DNA of 64,000 nucleotides from Tubulanus polymorphus (taxonomy: Eukaryota > Animalia > Nemertea). Below the pieces are notes generated by a model, which worked only from the letters and a program-made list of their open reading frames with translations, was not told the DNA's origin and searched no databases. The position numbers and the translations under genes were made by a program. Shown here piece by piece: positions 46,301 through 58,300 of this stretch; position 1 is the first letter of the stretch, and every line of letters begins with the position of its first letter. The stretch spans positions 21,866,299 to 21,930,298 of the forward strand of contig NC_134025.1 in assembly GCF_964204645.1 (NCBI RefSeq), written 5' to 3'.

Positions 46301-49300
46301 CTTGTTTTTTTACCGTAAGCCTTAATCTTGATGTTCGATGGCGCAAATTTGTAATTGATTATCGCAGTCCAAAGTCATTATTATGGCTATATTTACTGAT
46401 TAATGTGAATTGTTACGCTGCGCTGACAATGCAAGGGCGTTGTCAGGTGACAGATATTTTCGTAGCACTTAATGTAAGGGTACAACGGAAGATCCACTAG
46501 GTTTGCTTTAGATACACGGCTTCAATATTTCCTACATTTCGTAGGAAAGAAAATGTATCAAATTTGTTACTTAGATAAATGGATAACCGATGAAATCGAA
46601 TCGGGTCTAATCGCTCCGTTGTAATTTCTATCTTCCACATTACTTTAGAAAATGAACACATATATATGTCCTTTCTTTCATGAATGTGGCTGGCTTTTTG
46701 TAACCGAAGGCCGATATAGTATGGTTTACAAGTCAGGGGTGGCGTCACCTATAAATCCGAAGTCACAAGAATGCGACTGATTGCTCACCACATGTTAATA
46801 GAAAGGGGTAGGCATTCTGGCCTCCCAAGGGAAAATAGGTGATGCACCTCATGTAATAATTATAATTGAAGACGAATTCCATTTTATCATGCAGTGTACC
46901 AAATTTGATTGCTACAGAGGTGAACTAACTAAATATTTTGATATCCAATTTTCCGAGCAGAAATTTACAACCCCTGAAAACAAATTCATCACTATTATGT
47001 CTTCACCCCTGATGGCTCATAACCTTGGCAAATATATTTGGCTTAGCAAAACAATCCCCAGCCTGTAAAACTCTAGTTAGGCTAGAATATGACACCTTAG
47101 GCGCGTTCACACGACGAATTTAGACCGGTCTAAATTTGGTCCGGTCCAATTTAGACCGGACCAAGCGTTCACACGGGCAAAAATACCGTTCCAAATTAGA
47201 CCGGTCTAGTTTAGACCGGTCTAATTTGGCACGGTCTAAAAGAGCGTACCAGGTCCGGTCCAAAATTTCGCAGGTCTAAATCTATGTGTGTGGACAGAAA
47301 CTGGTACCAGGTCCGGTCTAAATCGTAATTCTGAATCTCTGTGGTAGATGTCACGACCTCTGAGGTAGAGTGTGAGTCCAGTTTATTAAGTTTTTTAATG
47401 CTTTAATTACCGTATATGTGATTATTTTTAAGTACTGTTTTCCCTCCCTATACTTTAGAAATGTTTGGAGCATATTCGTATGTCACGATCGTCATCCGTT
47501 TTACTTCAGTGTTTTGAACCGTGTAGCGTTTCAGCGTGATAGAATAAAATCGCAAAAATGTCTTAACCCGACAGAGGATCGAATTGGTCAACTGGAGAAT
47601 GTCTTGCTCTACTTGGAATCTGGAAACAAGACTTCATCCAGGCCCAGTTAATTATTTAGCAGATGGCGACATCTTGTGGGCCCAATGACAAGCGATTTTA
47701 TCAACGCGTGTCAAAACGCCGTGTGAACGCTCACCAAAATTTGTAATATGTAATCGTTTCATTTCTATAGCTGCACTAAATTATAAAAAGTTTGGGGGGC
47801 ATAATTTCAATAAATTTTCATCGAATAGAAAGTTAGCGCTCATACTTATTTCAAACGAACCTCCGATATGTGCGACTAAAATGTTCAATTTCAAAGATTC
47901 GTAATTGATTGTATTGGCCGTTCATTCGTATATCAGCAGAGGAAGTACATCGGTTCCATCGAATGCGGGAGTTTCCTGAAAATATTGATAACTCTTTTAT
48001 TAAATGGGCAAGCAATCAAACTCAGTCAATGATAGCTATGTCGTTGGCTGTGTCAATGCTTCTAAATCGACGAAAGTGGTCGACCGAGATTTTATTACTG
48101 TTGCTCCGTCGTGAAATGTCATTATATGGTAAACCAATATGCAAAACAGACGCTGCACCATTCAAGAGTTTTTCATTGAGAGCGCATGTACAAATCGTAA
48201 GTTTCTCGCTGAAGTGGAACTATACGATGCGATATATATAGTTATGGATCGACCCGCAGTGTTGTGTATTCGAAGCGCCAAGAGCGGTCTCCTGTGTCAA
48301 ACAACGCTCTTCGCGTCCCCTTTCGAAACCACGATTGGAAAAAAGAGATGCGCGCCTGGGAATGAACCGGCAGTCTAACGAACGTATTCGATATGCACAA
48401 GTATCAATTACTCGCCAGCTCGTTGAGAGAGTAATCACATATAGTTATAGTTAAACGAGTTTTTTTCGGTTATGCCAATCCACTGGTGCATAACAATTCA
48501 AACTTCCTCGACTAAGCCCGTTGGTGACATGCGAGATATTTCGTTCATGATTGTCGACATTCGAATTACTAAGTCATCATTAGTTATGATAAGTCAAATT
48601 TCGTCATCATGATAAGTCGAAATCACGATCACGAATTAAGAAATTACGTTGTCACCAACGGGCTTCCCTATGAGATGGAAGCCACTGACACAGGTTCGCT
48701 AGTGGTTACTCGGTCTTCCAGATTCAATTTCTGCTACGTTGCAGTTACAACTGAATGTACTTTTTCTTAAAATAAATGAATTATTAATGAAAACTATACG
48801 GATATGTGAGAAGAGAAATCAATTTAGTGTATATTTGGTGGTCATGTTATAATATTCCGAAGCCTAGAAAATTTATTTTTGAAGTACAATGAAAATGGAT
48901 GAGTTCTCGACACGCCATCTGGTCGGATAGCTAGTGCGGCTCCTCATTGGACAATACATTGAATTTGCTCCGGGTCCTAGCGTTGATAAAGACTAGAATT
49001 AACTTCGACGGTCAAAGTCGATAGTACAGTCTTTCATACCGGGCAAATTTGTTGGTTTTTGCTTTTGTTAACATGTTAACGAATCGAATTCTATGAAGTT
49101 TCTTTATGAATAGTCTTCATAGTTTTTCACCGCTAATTGACCTCCCATCAGAAGAGCGAAAAAATCACCGAGCCTGTCAATAAGGCATGAGTGCCGCTAA
49201 GTGGGCTGAGGAGTAAAAAGTCGATCGTACGCCGTTTCAAATTCGGAAATACAGTACAGAGAATGCCTCCTTTTATGTTTTCGTGAATTGGTGTCGATAC

Positions 49301-52300
49301 ATACCGTCAGTCTTTCTCGCATCATATAACGTCTATCCTGAAAGCACTATCCAATATATCAGAACCTAGTTCTCAATTAGAATTGTATACGCACACCGAT
49401 GCCACACCCAAAACCGGAGAACAATCGGCTTGAATCGTTATTGCGTAATTATGGAATGGCCTTCGTCGCAATTTTTTTGGTCATTTTATTAGAAGCCCGT
49501 CGGACCTAAATTAATTACATCGGGCCATATGAACATAGATATATGAATAATTTAATGTTATTACTGTAACAAAAACAACGATGGTATTACTCATCTTAGG
49601 CGGTGATGTTGATGGGTAAAGACAGCGGAATAACATCATTATTACATCATCATAATCCATATCTATCTTGACAGGAAAAAACAAAGTAATCTGATTAGGA
49701 CTTTTTATTGTTCGCACAATATCTTCCGTAATAGAAAAACCAACACAAAACTCCCAACTAGCTGTAAGAGCAACCTCAATACATGAGTGAATGAAGCTCA
49801 CTGTAGCGACGTACGTAACTGGAGCTAACCGAAGCCTTGGAGTAATCATTTGAAATTCAAATTCCAAGCCGAAGCTAAATGAAGCTAACGTAATAATAGA
49901 TGATGCAAATTCGGGTTTACTGAGGCACCTTCTTGAACCAAGGTGTGCATTGGATTGATTGAATAACTCATTATTTCTGTATCGTCGTAAGGATATCAAA
50001 ATGAACAAGCAAAACGCCCTGTGTTCTCATCGCTGTGGCATACGTAAATATAGAAACGGATACGAAGTAATTGAATGAGATTGAATGTGACGTTTCTAGG
50101 ATATTCAGTCGACCTGATGAAAGGGTAGAAAACGTTTCGGATCTATTCCAGAATAGATAAAGTAGTTCCATCGTGGAGGTTTACGTTCAAGGCCAACTTG
50201 AAAATTAGTATGTCCAAAATCTATAGGGCTCTTTCCTACATGATCCAAAAACATTTCACTAAATTTCAGATTTCATCCGCCTGTCTCCCGAATTTTGCCT
50301 ATTTAGCTAATTTAAGGAATAGATATGGCTGCAAGTCAGCCATCTTGAAAGGTGGAGCCAACATCAACATTTTCCTTCATGTTCCCACCACATGTCAAAG
50401 TATTCAATGATTCCATGCACTGGTTCAGCCTATATCTTGTACACACGAATGGTTGCCGAAATAGCTCCTTAAACACAAAGATGGCCGCTAGTCAGCCATT
50501 ATGAAAGGTATGGAACCAAACAATCTACATTTTCCTTCATGAAATAAGAATTGCCAAAGATTCCATCCACTGATTCACCACACAAGGATGGTTGCCAAAA
50601 TAATTACTAACAGAACAAAGGTGGCCGCTAGTCGGCCATCATGAAAGGTTCATGATTCGACAACAACAACAAAATTCAAAAGATTCCATACACATGGATG
50701 TTTGAAATAACTACCAATAGAACAAAGATGGCCGCTAGTCAGCCATCTTGATGAAAGGTAGAACCTCCAAATCGCCCAAAAAGATACTATTGAATGGTTG
50801 AGCCCTGTATCCCGTACACAATTAAGTGTAACGGACGGGCGGTGAATTATTTCGCCCCACGGAGAACGATCATGGCGTCCAATTGGATATGGATATCTTT
50901 ATATATTGAATGATTATTAACATCATCAGCACGTCATGTGCGTCGGATTCATCAAGTTATTGGATATGTTATTGGATACGTGAAGTAGCATTTGTGCGGC
51001 GAATTATGAGCTGAAATTACAGGCGCTAATTGCGAGATTGAACTAAATGGAGTGGTTATTTCAAACGAATCTCTATAATCTCACCCCGTATCGAGAGCGC
51101 AAGGGGAATAAACGTTGTTGATTAACAGCTGAGCTATATTTCGGAATGGACGTTCTGACGTCATGCGCGACTTATCACCTCTCGTTATCCTCGTGAAATA
51201 CATCAAAAACTTCCGACTCGATAGCTGAGTTCAGCAGTAAAGGAATTAGCTGTTCTTTCGAGGCAACTTCCAATTTTTCCAAAAAAGAAAAATTCAAACG
51301 TCGATGAAAATCCCATCGCCTGTCGTAACGAACGTAAATGGTCTGAGTAGCGGACTGATACGTTCGGTACGAGTTTTCCAATCGACCCAGTTATACAAGA
51401 TCTGTTTCTTTCCATTCGGTTGTAAGTATTTGTCAGTTCTTCGAGGATGCATTCAGAACCGCTGCAGCATGAACGCGGTTTTATGAGAAGCATCGAAAGG
51501 AAACAGGCTGAGGACTGAACCATATATAGCGCTTTGCACATGACAAAAGTTTAGGTTAGGCAAATACGGGAATCGCTATGAGGACAGTTAAAATCTGTCA
51601 AAAAAGTTAATTCAGAGAAGCACCTCAGATGATCAAACATATCGATTGAAAAAAATGTGAACAGAATACAGCGGCATTTACTTTTGAAAATAGTTTTATC
51701 TCCAGTTCAAAAAAGTGCGTGCATGGTTTAACGTTAAGCTTTGTCTTAGCTTCCACGTAACTACGAAATTTCTGTTTAAGGCTTATTTACTTTTTCAAAC
51801 GAAGCCGTGAGTTATTTATTACGTGTAAACGCTGTAGCGATGTTTTCTTTACGCCGAAGAAGGCAATTAATTAGTTGCGGGCAACCGACCGTGTGCTCAT
51901 AGGTGTTTGATCAAACGCACACTATCGCGTGTTGTTGCCGGTTCTTTTCGTTGGTGTAGTTTTTTTCAATCTAATTTCTAATAACGCAAAATGAACATAG
52001 GACCTTATATTCGCAGCGGAGCCATTCAGGGCGAACGCGAACCGTATTAGGTAATAAATTATATCGAATGCGAATGAAATAACACCGGAGGTGACGGTAA
52101 CAACGGATAACCCCTCGTACATAATATTGGAGCAACGGCTTTAGTACATGGAGAATCCCGCGCTAATTTAACGAAAGATGAAGTCCGAAAAGGTTCATTT
52201 AAGCTTATAATCAATAAATCATCAGCTTAAAGGAACATTTTTCCTGATTTCATCGTTCGTTATATTAGTGGGGGATTCACTTAATATCGTCACAACACGG

Positions 52301-55300
52301 GTACAGTACTTCACCAATGGTTAAACACTTCAGTATTGCAATGAAGTAAGTAAGTGATTCAACTCTTCTATGGTTTGCTTAAGATACTACGAAAACCACG
52401 ATCGATAAAACATATCCGTGTTGTGAAGGAATCCCGCAATAATCGCGAAAAACAGTCCGAACATATGGTGGCTATGGTGGCTGATTAGGGCCAAGTTAAA
52501 AAAAAAAAAATTTCGTGCAATATACCATGCAAAAAATATATTGCTTCGTTTCTGCGTCCGTTTTTGCGGGGCGCCAAAACGAAATTTACCGCGCAGAAAC
52601 GCGCCAAAACGAGTGCAGAAACGAACGTTCGTTTTAGCGCCCGTTTTGGCGCGTTTCTGCGCGGTGATTTCTCGTTTTTGCGCCCCGCAAAAACGAAGTT
52701 CGTTTCTGCGTCCGTTTTTGCGGGGCGCCAAAACGAAATTTACCGCGCAGAAACGCGCCAAAACGAGCGCAGAAACGAACGTTCGTTTTAGCGCCCGTTT
52801 TGGCGCGTTTCTGCGCGGTGATTTCTCGTTTTTGCGCCCCGCAAAAACGAAGTTCGTTTCTGCGTCCGTTTTTGCGGGGCGCCAAAACGAAATTTACCGC
52901 GCAGAAACGCGCCAAAACGAGCGCAGAAACGAACGTTCGTTTAAGCGCCCGTTTTGGCGCGTTTCTGCGCGGTGATTTCTCGTTTTTGCGCCCCGCAAAA
53001 ACGAAGTTCGTTTCTGCGTCCGTTTTTGCGGGGCGCCAAAACGAAATTTACCGCGCAGAAACGAACGTTCGTTTTAGCGCGTTTTAGCGCGGTGATTTCT
53101 CGTTTTTGCGCCCCGCAAAAACGAAGTTCGTTTCTGCGTCCGTTTTTGCGCTGCGCAAAAACGAAATTTACCGCGCAGAAACGCGCTAAAACGAGCGCAG
53201 AAACGAACTTTCGTTTTAGCGCCCGTTTTGGCGCGTTTTAGCGCGGTGATTTCTCGTTTTTGCGCCGCGCAAAAACGAACTTCGTTTCTTCGTTCATGCG
53301 CGGTAATTTTGGTCGGATGGTGGCGCCAGGGTTCATCTCGTGATACTAATTACGGCCTTAAAACGTTGTATTATTATACCAATTATTTTCTAATTAATTT
53401 AATTTTCAGAGTTACGTTTATACGCAATAAAACTTCCTTTATCGGTGATTTTCTGATTTTTTACGAAAGCCAGTAGCACTGCCTTCACTTAAAAGTAAAC
53501 ACATTCAAATTAAATATTTGTAAAAATTGACGTTTTGATGCGGTAGCCAGTGCGTCAAGAATAGTGGTTATATTCACGGTTGAGAAGAGAGTAGGGCGTG
53601 CGCGTGTAGTTACCACGTGGTGCCGTTGTGACCTAGAATGCACGGCTCGGGACTGCACCACGTGGTAAAAATGGACGCAGAAACGAAGTTCGTTTTTGCG
53701 GGGCGCAAAAACGAGAAATCACCGCGCTAAAACGCGCCAAAACGGGCGCTAAAACGAAAGTTCGTTTCTGCGCTCGTTTTGGCGCGTTTCTGCGCGGTAA
53801 ATTTCGTTTTTGCGCCCCGCAAAAACGGACGCAGAAACGAACTTCGTTTTTGCGGGGCGCAAAAACGAGAAATCACCGCGCTAAAACGCGCCAAAACGGG
53901 CGCTAAAACGAAGGTTCGTTTCTGCGCTCGTTTTGGCGCGTTTCTGCGCGGTAAATTTCGTTTTTGCGCGGCGCAAAAACGGACGCAGAAACGAACTTCG
54001 TTTTTGCGCGGCGCAAAAACGAGAAATCACCGCGCAGAAACGCGCCAAAACGGGCGCTAAAACGAAATTTCGTTTCTGCGCTCGTTTTGGCGCGTTTTAG
54101 CGCGGTAAATTTCGTTTTTGCGCCGCGCAGAAACGGACGCAGAAACGATGCAATATACTTTTTGCATGGTATATTCCACGAATTTTTTTTTTTAAACTTG
54201 GCCCTAATCAGCCACCATACTAATCAGCCACCATACGAACATGTTACTGGAGCTAGTAGTTTATTCGACGTTTCGACTATATTCTAATAGTCATCTTTAG
54301 GAATACTGATCCGTTTAATGTGAAACTGTATCTATGTTAATTTTTCCCTTAGTTTGTATCACTTTTGATTACCCCATTAGTTTCTTTGTTCTGATTTCAT
54401 ATGTTGAAAAAAACCAGTATTCCTGAAGATGACTATTAGAATATAGTCGAAACGCTGAATTAACTACTAGCTCCAGTAACATTTTCGGACTGTTTTTCGT
54501 TATTATTGTCGGATTCTCTCTACATTGACTATGAAAATCGTATTAACAAATCGCCAAGCAAAATTTCATTTTGAGTGTAAGTATCGAAGCCCTTCTGTCT
54601 CAACGTATTTAGAAGGGTGATGAATGTTGAATCCTTTGAGTAATAATCCAAAATATGGGCATTAATTTTTCTTCATTAGTTGACGATAAAAACGCTGACG
54701 CAAGTCGCATTCGGCGAACTGTTTTTCGCATTACGTGTGCAGCAGCTTTCGTTCGGTTTCGTGTGGTGATTATTTTCACGCCGTTAAAATCGTTACAATA
54801 ATATTTACAATTGATACCTATTATGCGTTCTGTGTGAGTCGATGTGATGTGCACTACGTCATCAATAATTTGGCGTGTTGGTAATTTTTAATTTTGGCGT
54901 TCATTTTGTAATTGAATATATTTCATAACCCTTATTTCATTTTTGATAAATCTTAATAACTATTTTGGGAGGATGTGCACTGCGTCATCAATATATTGGG
55001 GCTGGACTGGTTGCCAGTCAATTTAAATCAATGATCTATATATTCAAATCCAAAATAACTTCATTGATCCTCGATATTATTTTGATTTATTATTATATCA
55101 TTCATTGTCAACAACATTACGTAATATGCCTGTTATTTTTCAAGCCGTCAATAAACTTTCAAGTTAGTTTTCTCGTTTTTTTTTCGTTTCGCTACTACAC
55201 ATTAAGCGGAATAACCTAAATACGTTTGCGATGCTGTTTAGTATATCAAATTTTTAGGTTTTAGAAGCAAGCACATGTATAATGTAGCCATGGTTACCTA

Positions 55301-58300
55301 GCTATTATCAGTTGACTATACAAGTCGTTTCTATATAGAAATGTTTGAACACTGTCGCCGCGATCATAATTTCCTATTAAGCGATTCCTTGTTATTAACA
55401 AAATCCATAATTATATAATTCAGCTAAGCCCGTTAACACCATAAGTCGAAGAGTGGATGGTAATGTTGCCCCATTCATGACAAAATGGCGGAAAAAATCG
55501 CTCTATGATTAATGATAATGGGAAATTCAATCGTTCAATTGAACGCGGTCGCCCATAAACACTGAGTATTGGTCCTGTGACGTAAATCATTTCGAAACCG
55601 TCTATAAAGACCGTTTATTCAAGACAAAACAAATTTGCTATAAATGCCGTTCCAATTCGGATATGGTAAATGACGGTTAAATTACCTTGGTATTTGTGCA
55701 TTTTGTACTGTGGCTTTAATTGTCGCATTGAAATAGCTTCAGTGCTGAAACCGTTATGCATCAATTGCGCTGTCAATTTTCTAGCAGACGAATTTGAAGA
55801 TATCTTTTCATCGATTGGTAGTCTCTATACGAGAGATATCCCAAAATGGTTCAGCCAAAGATGAAAAGATCTTGAATAGAAGTGTGAATATATTTGAGCA
55901 AATTTTCGGCTAAAGACTATTGGACATCATCAGGCGCGCTGTACTCAGTACACCTGATGATGGCTAATAGTCGTAAGTCGAAACGTTACTAAAAATACTT
56001 AAACTTCTATTCAAGGACTTTTCATTTTTTTGCTGAATTATTATGGGATTTCTCTCATATATTCATCTAACGCCGATATCTCGATTTATTGGTAAAAACT
56101 AATTCATCGATTCGTTTCAACTTGATAGATTGTTTAATTTCGTCGACTGTAAAAGGGATTTAAGAAAAGAGTGATCGACGTGACACTTGATTTCCTCACC
56201 TGCATCCGATATCTAAAGATATCTACGAAACTGCTCAAGATAAGTTTCTAATGTTCCGAATTACGCGAATTAAACCGATGTTTTATCGGCCGCTTTCAAA
56301 CTAACTTAGCCATAGAACCCGCCATTGTAATCCGATTACTAAAAGCAATTGCATTAGATTCTCACATTTCATTTCATTTGCACGACCCCCATCGGTATTC
56401 TGATAGGGACGATCCCTTAGGAGGTATCAACGGCGAGCGACGCACTGGCCATTAAAACTGTTAAGCTACTCATTGCACCTATTTTCGTCTTACGGATCGA
56501 AACGTCCTCACGAGGATTCGAAAATGACTTCGATGGGTTTTTCGAATTTCAAGATATGGTTATATGTATATACTACGGCGCGAAGAGCTTTATTCAATTC
56601 AATTCAAAGTTTATTGCTCAACTAAAGACTTAAGAAATTTGTGCGGATCATGTTACAATAAAATACCAGAAGATTTAAAGTAATTTAATTGAGTAAAAAC
56701 TGAAAGCCAACAAACCGATTTCGTGTGTTCAAATAATTTTAAACAAAAATTGTTCTTTTCGAATGTTTGGATGATAAAAGGTAGAAAAATAAGTACCTTT
56801 CATATCTGAATATCTTGATCAGTCGGAAATACTAAGACGAATGAAACCCGGTTATGAAGCTCATTACGAAAGCCCCGATGGTGAACATAATATGAAGCTT
56901 GTTTCAAGATTACAGATTTTGGATATCGATACCGAAATTGTGATTGTAGGAAAAATTCTATGACTGAGATTAATCGTTATACGAATGGGAGTAGAAACGT
57001 CGAATCAAAATTGAAATAACGAGATGATTAAGAGTATCAACTCCAGTTACGAAGATATCGGTTGTCGCAAATTGTACTTGTGAAAATATAACCAATCGAT
57101 GTCGTACAGACAAAACAGTGTCAACAAATTTGGGACAAAATTTTTCGAGATTTAGATACAATTTTCAAGTTTTTTTAATTGAAATTGAAAAGTGTCCATT
57201 CTCAAATGATTCATTCAGGTACCCGGGCACTTCGTATTTAAGATCTGCCCCTTTTTAACAGGAAAGTACCCCTCTTCGTCGTAAAAAGTGCCTTTTTTCT
57301 TGAAATAGAACAGCCCCTAAAAAAAGCTCGGCACGGGCCCGATTTTTAGTTACTAAAAAAACTAACTTATTTCAGTTAGGCGAGACTCGAGAGTACGGTT
57401 CGACGGCGTGTAATGATAAACGATTATTTACGTGTATTTATATACGGATACATGTACGCGAATAATTAATACCTCTAGGCGGAAATTACATTCGTAGACA
57501 CGCAGACACAATGCAGAGAAACGTACGCGCGACGTGCCTTCGTTACAACACGCCTCGCCATCGTCGCGTAGCCAGTTGTTAATTATATTTTCCGATGTTG
57601 TAATTTCGGCTGAAAAACCGCCTGGCTGAAAATCGATCCGATCCACCTTCATACAAAATATTATGGTTATGCGATCGTTATATGTTCCATTATCGTGTAT
57701 AATAGCGGACTCAGTTCCATGCAGTAACTTGGGAGTAAAAAATTGATTTTATGTACAGTTGTATTTATTGAACTATTTCTAATTATCAGTAAAATCTTAC
57801 TCGCAACTGGGGAATTGGGACATGTAAAATCGTTAAAATCGGTAACTTACAACTCTTTTTTAAATTTTTTTAAATCTCAAAATAGGGATTGACCCTGTTA
57901 TCAATTTGATTGGTACCCTGGTAGATTTCGTTTGATTCGTTCTGATTTGGCACCCCTTACAAACCGACCGCATCTACCGGGAGCGAAACAGGGCTTTGAT
58001 TCTGAAATCGGAAATCGAAGTACGTGACTATCGACAGTCGAATTTACAGACATTTTTGTTACAAAACTTTTAGTATTTGCACCCGGTAAAAAAGAATTGA
58101 AATGGCAGCCATCTTTCAACAAGTGCCCGAATGGGACCAGGGTGGGTACCCTTCTATAGTTGGAGCCATATAGTTTTACCTCATACAAAGCAATTATATT
58201 TAAAGTGACTAAACATGTATACAAATACATAGGATTAAAAACGATTATGAAATTAAAGAATTTATCATCAAGAATTAAACCATCATATCGGACTCTCTGT

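Noticed and set aside
49511-50008. 165-aa minus-strand ORF in the eag intron
   Set aside because: No recognisable motif or splice structure; composition fits AT-rich non-coding or repeat DNA.
52545-53290. Possible CRISPR-like array
   Set aside because: The units are contiguous with no unique spacers, there are no cas genes, and the context is eukaryotic.
52387-54287. Many overlapping Arg/Phe/Ala-rich ORFs (MARFCAV...)
   Set aside because: They are translations of the 154-bp palindromic repeat on both strands, with no domain or splice support.
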